From IMG/VR virus record IMGVR_UViG_3300047539_000055: DNA of 64,000 bases, one strand, 5' to 3'. The translations under genes were made by a program, and so were the position numbers. Below the pieces are notes generated by a model. It was not told the origin of the DNA. It saw nothing but the letters and a program-made list of their open reading frames with translations, and did no database searches. The stretch is from a virus. Its lineage: Duplodnaviria > Caudoviricetes. Shown here piece after piece: positions 40,604 to 51,259 of this stretch; within the stretch, counting starts at the first letter, position 1; each line of letters opens with the position of its first letter.

Positions 40604-40678
40604 GCTCCATTAGTTCAACGGATAGAACACTGGTCTTCGGAACCAGCTATGAGGGTTCAAATCCTTCATGGAGTACCA
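40604..40678 (+). tRNA. tRNA-Arg(TCG)
   Basis: GCTCCAT/ATGGAGT, CCA; CTGGT-CTTCGGA-ACCAG. Confidence 0.9.
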
Positions 40679-41321
40679 AATTTGAAACAGATATTTTGAT
40701 TTCTTCTCTGTTTCCAATAATTAGGGGAAAGAGTTTTATTAATTGTTCTAATTTATCGGCATCTTCTTTCATTTTGATCGGATTTTTTACATCAAGGAAT
40801 TTATTAAATTTTGGTAGATAGAAGTCTGGAAGATAGGTTCTCCATTTTTTCATAGTAGTATCAAACCAATGAAGTCTTTTAGATGGTCTTAACCATATGA
40901 TATTTTGTTCATCTAACCACTTTGCAATTGTTAGTTCCCAAGAAGATTGAAGACTAGCTTCAGTATTGTCATTATGATTGAAGTAAATAATTCTAATTTT
41001 GGCACATTTATTTTTAGAACGAATTGAGTCGCGACACGCAATTGAACAGCATTTTTGCCCCCAATTTTTTTGTTCGAATATATTGTGGCAATGATGACAT
41101 TTATAAAATTGTTTTGTTCGTTTAGATCGTGTTATTCCCTTGGGCATAGTAATTTTTCCTTCTTTATACAGTTTTTTCATTTTTTGAGAAAGATTTTCTT
41201 TAGCTTTGGTTGACCAAGTTGTTCGTGTTCGTCTTGCATTGTTAAATTTTGCAGCACAAGACTGAGAACAAAACATCTTAGTTTCAATGATAGATATTTG
41301 ACATTGTTTACAATTTTTCAT
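40647..41321 (-). CDS. Free-standing PD-(D/E)xK (TnsA-like) endonuclease with Zn-finger repeats
   Basis: C..C..FCS.SC twice; SSWE, YLPDFYLP, LDVK; TATAAATA just upstream of ATG. Confidence 0.75.
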   Translation of the reverse strand: MKNCKQCQISIIETKMFCSQSCAAKFNNARRTRTTWSTKAKENLSQKMKKLYKEGKITMPKGITRSKRTKQFYKCHHCHNIFEQKNWGQKCCSIACRDSIRSKNKCAKIRIIYFNHNDNTEASLQSSWELTIAKWLDEQNIIWLRPSKRLHWFDTTMKKWRTYLPDFYLPKFNKFLDVKNPIKMKEDADKLEQLIKLFPLIIGNREEIKISVSNLVLHEGFEPS

Positions 41322-41613
41322 ATACTGTATTTATACATTTTTCTGAATATGATGTAGTGAAGGTTCAAAAAAGGAAACAAATGAAAGTATTTTTATTGCT
41401 ACTCGTTGTATTTGTGGGTTATTACTTTTTGACTTCGTGGATGATTGATTCCCACTATAAAGAGATTGCTCAGCAAGAGCAGTATGTGAAAACACATGGT
41501 TGTACATTGGTAGAGACAATCCCAGTTCGTAGCGTAGGAATGATGGTACACGGAGAAACCGATATTTATAAATGTTCAGATGGAAAGACTATAGTAATAA
41601 ACTAGGTGATGAA

Positions 41614-41949
41614 ATGTCTGACAAGCCGAAGCACTTGCTATTCTCGTTAACCGCAAAAGATTTTGAGTTTCAAACCTTTTGTACTGGTGGACCTGGAGGG
41701 CAACATAAAAACGCGAAACAAAACGGTGTGCGATGCATTCATAAAGAATCAGGCGCAAGGGCGGAACATCGTGACGGAAGGGATCAGTTTAGAAACAAGC
41801 AAGCGGCTTTCGAGAAATGCGCTAACACACCACAGTTCAAGGCATGGCATAAAGTAGAGTGTATGCGTAAACTTGGACAATTGAAAGATATTGAACGAGC
41901 AGTTGATGAAGCCATGGCTGATAGTAATTTGAAAGTTGAGTATTTATAA
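41614..41949 (+). CDS. Stand-alone RF-1 (GGQ) domain protein, ArfB/PrfH-like
   Basis: GGPGGQHKN, VR..H..SG, RDQ..NK..AF. Confidence 0.85.
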   Translation: MSDKPKHLLFSLTAKDFEFQTFCTGGPGGQHKNAKQNGVRCIHKESGARAEHRDGRDQFRNKQAAFEKCANTPQFKAWHKVECMRKLGQLKDIERAVDEAMADSNLKVEYL

Positions 41950-42404
41950 TGAAAAAGATTCATAAAAATATGTACATTTGGATTTTTGCTGTTACGTTGT
42001 CAGGAATGTTTGCAGGTCCAGCCTTATCCGATTTGTCAAATTATATGTTGTGCGCTTTTAGCGCCATATTTGCATTTATTGGTGGTGTTTATTGGTATAA
42101 ATGGAATAACGAGCAAGGAAAAGGAAAGAACGATGAAAAACAAATTGGCTTCTGATTTTGTGTTGGAAAAATTGACGGAATTACAGAAGCAGTATTACTT
42201 ACTATATCCATTGCCATATGTGTATCCAAGCGATAATGGCAAAATGGCGCAACTTATCGCAGATTCAATTGACATAGCAGTAATTGCTAAAAATAAAGCG
42301 GGAGCTAATATGTCCTAATCATAAATTTGTTCAATTGCCCCATACTGATACAATACCAAACAGTAGTATCGTAATCCCAGTTAAACTCTAACCAAGTAGA
42401 AATT

Positions 42405-43148
42405 ATGAAAATCACTCAGTTCACACAGCAAAATTTACGGAACTATCAGGAGGATCGCGCCTTCGTTAAGCAAATGAATAACGGAGAAGCGTTGCTCGGT
42501 ATGTTTGATGGTCATGGAGGCGATTGGACTTCCGCATTTGCGGCTAAGCACGCTCCGTATATTTTTAAATCCATACACAAGAATTTGAAAGCCACTCCTG
42601 AATTGGCGTTGCAATATTTGTTTCAAAGATTAGCTGATAAGACCCAATTTTATTATGCTGGTTCTACCGCGTGTGTTGTTTGGGTCAAAAAAGATATAGC
42701 ATATGTTGCCACATTGGGTGATAGTCTGGCAATTATTAAAACCGCCAATGATGATATTTGGATTTCTCCAGAACATAATGTGCGAACGAATACAGTAGAA
42801 GTTGATAAAGCTGTGTCGCGTGGCGGCGTTGTTTCTGATGGATATTTGTTTGATAGTAAGGTTTTTCAAGGATCAGGATTACAAATGAGTCGTGCCTTTG
42901 GAGATTCAAATTTATCTCGCGTTCTTGACAGAGAACCAGAAATTTTCTCTATTCCTATCAATGAAAAAAGTTGGATTTTGATTTGTACTGATGGTTTGAT
43001 TGATCCTACTCATGCATCGACTGCATGTTTAGATGTGATGGTTGATATGATCAAAAATCCAAAAGTTACTGCCGAAAATTTAGTTGAGATGGGTGCTACA
43101 TTTCAAAGAGATGACAATTCCACTGCAATCTTGGCAAGAATAGAATAA
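42405..43148 (+). CDS. PP2C-family Ser/Thr phosphatase
   Basis: R.YQED, FDGHGG, GSTA, GDS, SRAFGD, TDGL, DDNST. Confidence 0.9.
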   Translation: MKITQFTQQNLRNYQEDRAFVKQMNNGEALLGMFDGHGGDWTSAFAAKHAPYIFKSIHKNLKATPELALQYLFQRLADKTQFYYAGSTACVVWVKKDIAYVATLGDSLAIIKTANDDIWISPEHNVRTNTVEVDKAVSRGGVVSDGYLFDSKVFQGSGLQMSRAFGDSNLSRVLDREPEIFSIPINEKSWILICTDGLIDPTHASTACLDVMVDMIKNPKVTAENLVEMGATFQRDDNSTAILARIE

Positions 43149-43287
43149 TTTGATTTTTGCAAGTTTTGTATAAATAACTTCAGTGATGTATAATATTATA
43201 CACTCTCTAAAGATGGTATGTTGATTTGCGGATTGTCCGTAGCTTAAAAAATCCATTTAAAGTTATTTGAGTAATCATTTCTAATTA

Positions 43288-44523
43288 ATGACCAAAAATA
43301 ATATACAATGTGCTTTTTGCAACAAGAGTAGAGATGAAAGTCTCAAAATGGTTGTTAGTGGAAGTTTTTCCATATGCGATAAGTGTGTATTTCTTTTTAA
43401 CGATCTTCTCAAAAACACACCAGAAGCAACTACTGCAATAATTCCTGAGAAAAAACATTTAGCCGAACAGCTAGACAGCATAAAGATTCGTAAATTCATT
43501 GATCAATATGTGATTGGACAAGAGCCAGCAAAGATGGCCCTTTGTGTTAGTGTAGTCAATCATTATAAGAGAATGTTGTTTGGTCAGGATAATGATAGTC
43601 TCAATAAAAGCAATCTACTGATTATGGGGCCGAGTGGCAGTGGTAAGAGTTTGTTAGTTAGCACGATTGCTAAGTTTTTAGATGTTCCATTCATTTCTGT
43701 TGATGCCACAACACTCACCGAAGCAGGATATATAGGCCAAAACGTTGATACAATCATTATGAGAATGTTGACAGAAGCAAATGGTGATATTGACGCTGTG
43801 GAAAATGGTATTGTATTTTTGGATGAAGTTGACAAGATTGCTTCAACAAAGAATAGAGTGTCAACAACCGATTCTAAAGTTGCTGGAGTTCAATCAGCAT
43901 TATTGAAAATGGTTGAAGGAACAATAGTTCCTATTGGTTCTGGATTGGATTTCAAAAGAGCAAAGCCTATTGAAGTTGATACATCCAATATTCTTTTCAT
44001 ATGTGGTGGATCGTTCAATGGACTAAATGAAATAGCGGCGGCAAGACTCAAGAAGAAGAAAGGTCTTGGTTTTTCAGATGTAGCTCCCATGATTCAAAAT
44101 ATTGAGTCTGAATATGCTACAGAAGATTTTATTGAATTTGGTTTGATTCCTGAATTTGTGGGGCGTTTTCCTATCAAGACATTTACCAAAGAACTTACTG
44201 AAGAAGAATTGGTTTGCGTTTTGAAAAATGACAAAAACAATATTTTGTCCGAATACAAATTCTATTTTGGTGTGGATGATATCGAATTAGAATTTACAGA
44301 AGGTTTTTTGGAAAAGGTTGCTCATAAAACCAAATTTGAGAAATCTGGTGTACGTGGTCTTCGTTCCCTGTGCGACAATATCATGTTATCCCATTTATAT
44401 TTGATACCAGAATATAAAAAGAGGAATGTAACCAAAGTAACATTTGATGGCGATTGCATAGACAAAAACCAAATACCAAAAATTGAGATTATTGAAAAAA
44501 AGCTTGACAAGAGAGCCAAATAA
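43288..44523 (+). CDS. clpX: ClpX ATPase
   Basis: C4 zinc domain, YVIGQ, NHYKR, GPSGSGKS, LTEAGY, DEVDK, LGF loop, PEFVGR, GVRGLR. Confidence 0.92.
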   Translation: MTKNNIQCAFCNKSRDESLKMVVSGSFSICDKCVFLFNDLLKNTPEATTAIIPEKKHLAEQLDSIKIRKFIDQYVIGQEPAKMALCVSVVNHYKRMLFGQDNDSLNKSNLLIMGPSGSGKSLLVSTIAKFLDVPFISVDATTLTEAGYIGQNVDTIIMRMLTEANGDIDAVENGIVFLDEVDKIASTKNRVSTTDSKVAGVQSALLKMVEGTIVPIGSGLDFKRAKPIEVDTSNILFICGGSFNGLNEIAAARLKKKKGLGFSDVAPMIQNIESEYATEDFIEFGLIPEFVGRFPIKTFTKELTEEELVCVLKNDKNNILSEYKFYFGVDDIELEFTEGFLEKVAHKTKFEKSGVRGLRSLCDNIMLSHLYLIPEYKKRNVTKVTFDGDCIDKNQIPKIEIIEKKLDKRAK

Positions 44524-44572
44524 TAGTATTATGAAAGTATAGATACTATTCTACCTAAGAAAAGAGAAAATA

Positions 44573-44884
44573 ATGACAGGCGCACAGTGTGAAATTGTAA
44601 CCAAAGTCAAAATCAACACTGATTTGAAACCACCCGCACGATACAGTGTGGTGTATTTCAATGATGAAAAAACAAGTGCCGCGTTTGTGGTTCAATCATT
44701 AGTTGAAGTTTTTGGTTATTCAGTTGATGCCGCAATAGCGTTGACTAAGCAAGTTGATGAGAAAGGTTCTGGAGTTGCCGCATCTGGACTCAATAAAGAA
44801 TTGGCATCTCATTTACGAGATTTGGTTAAATCCAAAGCAGAGGCCGAAGGTTATCCTTTGGTTGTTGAAATCAAGGAAGACTAA
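44573..44884 (+). CDS. clpS: ClpS adaptor-like protein
   Basis: PP.Y.V..ND..T..FV...L..VF, G.G, YPL. Confidence 0.82.
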   Translation: MTGAQCEIVTKVKINTDLKPPARYSVVYFNDEKTSAAFVVQSLVEVFGYSVDAAIALTKQVDEKGSGVAASGLNKELASHLRDLVKSKAEAEGYPLVVEIKED

Positions 44885-45111
44885 TAAATGAAAATCCCTG
44901 AAGATTTAAAACGACATACGGCCGGGCATGGATATGAAGCAGGTTGTGATTGTGATCTTTGCGATGGGACGGGCGGCGAACCTGATTCCGAATGCAAAAT
45001 TTTGCCACCATATGAAACAATTCAAGCTTATATTGAACGTCTCATAAACAGAATTATGGAATTAGAAAAAGAGGTTCGCGCTGCGAATCTAAAATATATT
45101 AAACACCTGAA

Positions 45112-45417
45112 TTAAATAATTGTTGCTGTAACTTTCTTTGCTTTCTTAGGTGCTGCCTTCTTTTTAGGTGCCGCCTTCTTTTTAGGTGCTGTCTTTTTAG
45201 GTTCTTCCTTTGGAGACGCAACTTCAACAACTACTGTTTTTGGGTGATCAATTTTCACTGCAACTTTTACTTCTTCATCTTCGTTTTTGACTGGGATTGG
45301 GCCGATTGCTTTATCAAGAGCATCGGTAGAAATTTCAAAGTTTTTGTCTTTCTTATTACCAACATATATTACTGCCGCTACAATAGCAACTGCAACCAAA
45401 ACATAGATATAAATCAT
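45112..45417 (-). CDS. Membrane-anchored protein with KKAAP histone-like tail
   Basis: N-terminal hydrophobic helix; (K)KAAPKK repeats; late promoter upstream. Confidence 0.6.
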   Translation of the reverse strand: MIYIYVLVAVAIVAAVIYVGNKKDKNFEISTDALDKAIGPIPVKNEDEEVKVAVKIDHPKTVVVEVASPKEEPKKTAPKKKAAPKKKAAPKKAKKVTATII

Positions 45418-45549
45418 AAAGACTCCTTTTACTAACAATATTATTTAGCAATTTTTTTGTTGACATTGTGGTGCAGTATTTGATATACTTACATTAATTA
45501 GAAAAATCAAGCAATGTATCAAACATTATTTGATAAGGAGTAGTAAATT

Positions 45550-45789
45550 ATGAAGCTTTCAAGCACACAAAATGTATTTTTGCACGAGTATCTTCGCGGA
45601 ACTGGTAAGACTCTTACCGCACGTCAGGCGTTGAGCAAGTACAACATCAAGAATCTTCGCGCACGTATTTCGGAGTTGAGACAGGCTGGTTTGGTTGTCG
45701 TAACTGAGAAGACCCGCGACGGTTTTAACAAGTATAGCGTTTCGCAGCGTGATATTTGGGGCAAGAACGGCAAGCGCAACAGCAGATAA
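45550..45789 (+). CDS. Small winged-HTH protein
   Basis: LTARQA...I.NLRARISELR..G; RBS AAGGAG. Confidence 0.65.
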   Translation: MKLSSTQNVFLHEYLRGTGKTLTARQALSKYNIKNLRARISELRQAGLVVVTEKTRDGFNKYSVSQRDIWGKNGKRNSR

Positions 45790-45810
45790 TCCAGAATTTT
45801 GGGTGAAATG

Positions 45811-45836
45811 AGGGGAAGGCTAGACCTTCCCCTTTT
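45811..45836 (+). terminator. Intrinsic terminator
   Basis: AGGGGAAGG-CTAGA-CCTTCCCCT-TTT. Confidence 0.75.
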
Positions 45837-46342
45837 GCTTGCCCTTTAGAATCAATAACTTAGTTCCTATTGACTTTATCTCATTTATTTGGTATACTAT
45901 ATCTGTAGTCGAAAAGAGGGAATTATGGAAAAGATTGGTAAGTATGTTGTGGCAACGATTGTGACTATACCAATGTTAATAGGTATATCTTTTCTGTTGT
46001 CATGGTTTGTGATGCAATTATGGAATGGTTGTTTGGTTCCTGCTGTTTCTGGCGTTCATACTATTGGTTGGATGCAAGCATGGGGAATTATGATTTTGAG
46101 TTCTTTTTTGTTTGCTACATCTTCAAAAAAGTAATTGAAAGGGTGTCATGTTCTGGATTTATGTAATTATCGCGTTTTTCATTTCCAGCTATTTGATGAA
46201 AATTGGATGGGATTATATGCGCCCCAAGAGCGATCCAATACAAGATGTGTTGGAAAGTTTGTATATGTTTTTTGGAATGGGTGGAATGATTGGGGTACTT
46301 TCAATCGTGATTTATCATTTGGTAGCATAACGAAAGGGTGTC

Positions 46343-47086
46343 ATGAAAACGGCAAAAGTGGTTGTTCCATCAATTTCGTATCCGCGTGATTTGGTTTTTG
46401 CAACGGCTTGTGCTGCTCAGCGTATCAATGGCCAATATGTGAAACGTCCGTTTATTCCGTTTAGTCGTTATTATCCTGTTTATGTCCCCGTTGCTAAGAG
46501 GGTTGAACCTAGCGATACAATGTTGTATAATGCGGCTTTGATGAAGTCAATTCTTGCTTCTGATCAAAGTAATATTTTGCCAGAAGATTATGAATATGCT
46601 GAATTGGTTCGCAATTATTATTGCAGTAAGATTGCGTATGTTTTTAGTGGTGAAGCAGGAGATTTTCTCAAGAATGCCGTGGATGCCGCCAGCACAGAAG
46701 AAATTGCAACTGGTGAAAAGTTGTTTGGACTTACCGCATCATTGCCATCTTGTTACGCAAACAATGTCAAGCGTGATTTAGAGCGCAATAATTTGAGGGA
46801 ACTAACGGATAACAGTATTGCTCTTGATGCAGAAATTGGTCAGCTAGTAATTTTGAACGTCAAGATTGTTGATGCGATCTTCAAGGAAAAGTGGCAGTCA
46901 AATGCTGTCAATGCCTTGGTAAACAATGTTTCTGGAAATCGTATGGTCTTTTTCTTTAGCAAGCATTCTTGGACTAAAGGAAACACCTACAATGTTTCTG
47001 GCACTATCAAGAACAAGGGAAATCAGACTACTCAATTGAACAGGGTTACACTATTAGACCCTAGTGGAAAAGAAAAGGATATGTAA
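46343..47086 (+). CDS. Phage hypothetical protein, possible C-terminal OB fold
   Basis: ACAAQRING.Y.K; ..G.IK....TQLNRV end. Confidence 0.55.
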   Translation: MKTAKVVVPSISYPRDLVFATACAAQRINGQYVKRPFIPFSRYYPVYVPVAKRVEPSDTMLYNAALMKSILASDQSNILPEDYEYAELVRNYYCSKIAYVFSGEAGDFLKNAVDAASTEEIATGEKLFGLTASLPSCYANNVKRDLERNNLRELTDNSIALDAEIGQLVILNVKIVDAIFKEKWQSNAVNALVNNVSGNRMVFFFSKHSWTKGNTYNVSGTIKNKGNQTTQLNRVTLLDPSGKEKDM

Positions 47087-48207
47087 TGAAGTTTTTGAAA
47101 GAAATTTTGGACGTGGACTTACTCAATAAGTTGATTGAGGATGGGTTTGTCTCGCGCAAGTTTCACAACGATTATCCGTTGGCGGTTTTGAACTATACCC
47201 CGCAAGCGCAATATGATCCAAATTTGGTTTGGAACACCGAGATGAATTTGTCTCGTGGTCTGGTTTATTGTACTGAAACTGAAAAAATAGTGGCATTAGC
47301 TTTTCCTAAATTTTGGAACATCAACGATACCCGCCATCCTGAAACGATGGAAGAGAATCTTCCTAACGAAATTCCGATGTTATTGGATAAGTTGGATGGT
47401 TCTTTGGGAATAATGTTTGAATGGGATGGTTTGAATCACGTTGCAACTCGTGGCTCTTTTCATTCTGACCAAGCAAATTGGGCAACGAATTGGATTCGTA
47501 CTAAGTATCCGCGTTTGAAGTTGTCTCCCATGTATACTGTACTTTCAGAAATCATTTTCAAGGAAAACAAGATTGTTATTGATTATGATTTTGAAGGTTT
47601 GGTTGTTTTGGGCGTGATCAATATTGATACTGGCCGAGAATTGTCTCGCGATGATTTGAAGCCGTATTGTCGCGCTATGGGTCTGAATTTGGTGCAGGAA
47701 TACAAGAAGTCTCTTTCTGATGCTTTGAAGGAAAACGAAAAGAATCGTGAAGGTTACGTTTTGACTTATCCTTCTACTGGAATCAAGGTCAAGGTGAAGT
47801 TTGAAGAATATGTTCGTCTTCACAAGATTTTGACTGGTCTGAATGTTCATAGCGTATGGGAATTGTTGCGTGATGGTAAGTCTGCAACGATTGATGAATG
47901 GATTGCTGATGCTCGTATGCCCGAAACTTTCAAGGCGTGGGTTTTTGGAGTTCGCCGTGAATTGTGCATAAAGTTTATTGAAATCAATAATATCGCTGTG
48001 AATGCTTTTCAGTCAAAGCCGATACTTGATCAATTTATGCCATACAAGGAATCTCGTAAGAAAATGGCGGCATATTTTACTCAAGAAAAGTATCGTCCGT
48101 ATTCAGGATTGCTGTTTGGATTGCTGGATCACAAGGATATTACTCCTTCAATTTGGAAGATGGTTGAGCCTTCGGGCAATGCTGTTTATCTTGTGGACGG
48201 GGAGTAA
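47086..48207 (+). CDS. T4 Rnl1-like RNA ligase
   Basis: LNY, SRGL, FPKFWN, KLDGS, ATRGSF.S, E, EGYV, KVK..EY..LH. Confidence 0.88.
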   Translation: MKFLKEILDVDLLNKLIEDGFVSRKFHNDYPLAVLNYTPQAQYDPNLVWNTEMNLSRGLVYCTETEKIVALAFPKFWNINDTRHPETMEENLPNEIPMLLDKLDGSLGIMFEWDGLNHVATRGSFHSDQANWATNWIRTKYPRLKLSPMYTVLSEIIFKENKIVIDYDFEGLVVLGVINIDTGRELSRDDLKPYCRAMGLNLVQEYKKSLSDALKENEKNREGYVLTYPSTGIKVKVKFEEYVRLHKILTGLNVHSVWELLRDGKSATIDEWIADARMPETFKAWVFGVRRELCIKFIEINNIAVNAFQSKPILDQFMPYKESRKKMAAYFTQEKYRPYSGLLFGLLDHKDITPSIWKMVEPSGNAVYLVDGE

Positions 48208-48222
48208 TCCCCGTCTATTTTT
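48196..48222 (+). terminator. Intrinsic terminator
   Basis: GACGGGGA-GTAA-TCCCCGTC-TATTTTT. Confidence 0.7.
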
Positions 48223-48250
48223 ATTGATATATCAACTAAGAAAGGAAACT

Positions 48251-49150
48251 ATGAAAAATTCAATTTGCAGTATTGCAATGATGCTTGTAATGCTATCACC
48301 GAGTGTATGGGGGCAGACTAAATCATACACTCACAAAGGAATCACTCAGGATTTGGGGCAACAGATAAAGGCCGTACTTGATCCAAATGCCACTAACGCT
48401 GATATCGCTGTCTATGTGCGTAATGCAAGGCCACTTGTTTACACGCCACAGGACAAGAAAGATTTTGACCTACTTTTTTCCCTTCAAACAATGAAAACTG
48501 ATCTTGATAATGATCAAGAGTTTCTTGGAAAATGGTCTTATAATACTGAAGACTGTCGCGCTATAGCAATCAATGGCGATCATCTCAAACTTGATGAGCG
48601 TAGAAATTATAAGGAAAAGTGTTTGGTTGACGCGGAACAAATGAAAAAGTCTCACGAGACTTTTCTTTCCCTTATTGCTAAAACTCGTATTGCTTATATT
48701 GCCCTTGAACACACTTACGCTCAACTTAGCGTTGACGTTGGGCTTACGCCAGAAGCTAATTTGAAGAACAATATTGATCTGTCTTTATTAGTAGACCGTG
48801 AGACAGCAAAATACAATGAAGCCTCAGATAGTATCAATGATTGCCTTACAAAATGGCAGGAATGGACTGATAATATAGTGGCAGAGCAATCTAAACATGA
48901 TGCCGAATTTGTTGATCTTAAGAAACAATATGATAATTGTTTAACAGCGAGAGGAATACTTATAACGTCTCTTGCTGATGCAATTGCAGATGATGTTGAT
49001 CATAAGCCAAGCAAGTCGGCTCAACTTTATGTTGCAAAGCATCCAGGATTATATTCTTTGCAAAACAATAAGGATAAGAATCGTTTAGAATATATGCCTA
49101 TTCTGACTTGTGGTGATTTGCCAGTTCGAATGGTATTTGCACCATTATAA
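48251..49150 (+). CDS. Secreted helical hypothetical protein
   Basis: RBS AAGGA, signal peptide ending VWG. Confidence 0.6.
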   Translation: MKNSICSIAMMLVMLSPSVWGQTKSYTHKGITQDLGQQIKAVLDPNATNADIAVYVRNARPLVYTPQDKKDFDLLFSLQTMKTDLDNDQEFLGKWSYNTEDCRAIAINGDHLKLDERRNYKEKCLVDAEQMKKSHETFLSLIAKTRIAYIALEHTYAQLSVDVGLTPEANLKNNIDLSLLVDRETAKYNEASDSINDCLTKWQEWTDNIVAEQSKHDAEFVDLKKQYDNCLTARGILITSLADAIADDVDHKPSKSAQLYVAKHPGLYSLQNNKDKNRLEYMPILTCGDLPVRMVFAPL

Positions 49151-49158
49151 AATTTGGT

Positions 49159-49575
49159 TTACGAAACCCACCCTTGCCAATATAGGTTGTCCGTAGAAAT
49201 TGGGGCAGTGGTAAAGGTCACGGTAGAGCCAGAAACAGTGTAACCCACTCCTAAAATGAGTGGATAATTACACCAAACGAGCAAAGTGTTAGGAATTGGA
49301 GCAACATTACCGTAGGTTGTAAATACTTGAAGATTTCCATTTGGGGATTCTTGAAAAACACCCGAAACTGGAAGATTCGCAGGAGTTGTAGCAGCGGCGA
49401 CGACCGTAAGAATTTCGGTATTGCCGATAAAAGGCGCACCTTCCGCAATAGTGCCATTACCGATGAATAGGCGTTGGGAATCAACTGCCCATCCAAATTC
49501 ACCTGGGGAAAGTTGTGGCAAATTTTGTTGAAGTCCTAAACGTGTTTCTATTCGTGATTTCTGTTTGATAGGCAC
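49159..49575 (-). CDS. Virion structural protein (fibre/attachment N-terminal domain type)
   Basis: R.G...LPQL..GEFGWAVD..RLFIGNG; late promoter GATAAATA upstream. Confidence 0.65.
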   Translation of the reverse strand: MPIKQKSRIETRLGLQQNLPQLSPGEFGWAVDSQRLFIGNGTIAEGAPFIGNTEILTVVAAATTPANLPVSGVFQESPNGNLQVFTTYGNVAPIPNTLLVWCNYPLILGVGYTVSGSTVTFTTAPISTDNLYWQGWVS

Positions 49576-49921
49576 TGTTTGTTTCCTCTATTGTATTTAT
49601 CAAAGGAAAAGATTTTAGTTGACACGTATGCCAAAGTTTGGTATACTTGAGAAGTAAAGGAATCAAATGCTATTTATTGAAAAGTATCCGATTATCGTCA
49701 TTATTTCGATTGCACTTGGGGTATTTGCACTTGCCTTGACTGTACCTTTTTGGAAATAAACCAAAATTTGTGTTGACAAACATGACAAAGTTTGGTATAC
49801 TAATAATAGGAATAATAATACCAAATAGTATTACCGAACGGCGCGATCATGATGAATCGTGCAATTATAAACCAACAACCAACAACCAATGGTAGTTCCA
49901 TTGAAAAGGATTATTGAAGTT

Positions 49922-50386
49922 ATGAAGATTGATACACGTACATTTACTCATGCAGGATCAAGCGCTGATGCATCTGGAGTTTTCAAGGCGCGATTTGCCA
50001 ACGGACTCAGCACTCGTCCGAAGGTTATGGAAAAGGTTTTTGGTTATAGCAACGTGACTTTTGTTGAGTTGCCTAACGAAATGACCAAACTTGAGGCTAT
50101 TGCCTATCTTTTGGAAACAAAGCCAGAAGGTGTAAATTTGGCATCGCTTGAAGCGAAGCGCACTTACATCAACAATCAGATTGCAAAGATTGATGGTACT
50201 GTGGTTGGTCGCAAGCGTGGCCGTCCAGTGGGTTCAGGAAAGAAGAACAAGGTTACTGTTGAGTCAAAAACTCCTACAGTTGTAGTCGTTCCTTCACCTG
50301 ACAGTATCGTTTCACAGATTGTTGCATCAGCGCGTGGTAATTCAATTCGCGCCAAGGCAGCAAGGGTAGCAGCGGCAAAGAAGTAA
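49922..50386 (+). CDS. Basic DNA-binding protein with AT-hook
   Basis: RKRGRP; basic C-terminus; followed by terminator 50460-50494. Confidence 0.55.
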   Translation: MKIDTRTFTHAGSSADASGVFKARFANGLSTRPKVMEKVFGYSNVTFVELPNEMTKLEAIAYLLETKPEGVNLASLEAKRTYINNQIAKIDGTVVGRKRGRPVGSGKKNKVTVESKTPTVVVVPSPDSIVSQIVASARGNSIRAKAARVAAAKK

Positions 50387-50851
50387 TTTGTTACTAAGTA
50401 AAATTTGATAATTTAGTAAAAGATAATTTAGTATGTGGTGTAATACCAAGCTGTTTTACAAAACTGCGGCCAACTGTATAGAGGCCGCAGTTTTGATGTA
50501 AATAATGGAGAGGGAATTGCATGAACGATAATCTTCTGTCAAAAATTAATTTACTCCGTCAGCAAATTCAGAAATATAATTCGTTGGATGATTGGTGGGA
50601 AAAGTGTATTTTCACCCCAGTTATGAGAGTGTTTTGGCCGCAGATAATTGTATTAGCTTTGATAGAAGTTGTCATTTGTCATACGGGAAATTGGCTTGCC
50701 GCTCTTTTATGTTTGGCTATTATAGTTTCAAAAATTTATAGCACTATCAGTTTGTTGGGTAACAATTTGATGCATGGATATTTGGTGCAACGACTTGGCA
50801 ACGATATTACGATTCCCACCATTGAAAAAATTCAAGAACCATAAGGAAATT

Positions 50852-51157
50852 ATGTTAACATCAAAAGTTTTGACGATTCAAGAGCATCAAGAAATAATTG
50901 GAAGTCGTTTTCAATTAGCACAATTGGTAATGGCGCGAACCAAGCAGTTATACAATGGCGCTCCGATTTATAAGGCAGTTGGAACAGTTGGTTCAGAACT
51001 AAACCCAAAGTTTCGTGATGAAATTCCATTACAGCGATATACAAAGATCGCTTTGGAGGAAATTCGTTTAAAGCAGTTCAATTGGAAACGAAACACAACT
51101 ACTTTGCCAGAGGCAGAGCTATTATCCGACCCAAATGAAATAGTTTTTGGTTCGTAA
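50852..51157 (+). CDS. rpoZ: RNA polymerase omega subunit homologue
   Basis: SRFQL..L...R.KQL..G, ..IALEEI. Confidence 0.75.
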   Translation: MLTSKVLTIQEHQEIIGSRFQLAQLVMARTKQLYNGAPIYKAVGTVGSELNPKFRDEIPLQRYTKIALEEIRLKQFNWKRNTTTLPEAELLSDPNEIVFGS

Positions 51158-51259
51158 CTGATCGAAAATCCCTATGCTCTTGATTTCAAAGGGTATAGGA
51201 ATTTTTTTTGTCTATTGACATTTGGTTGGCATCATGTTATAATCATTTTAGGTGAAAGT

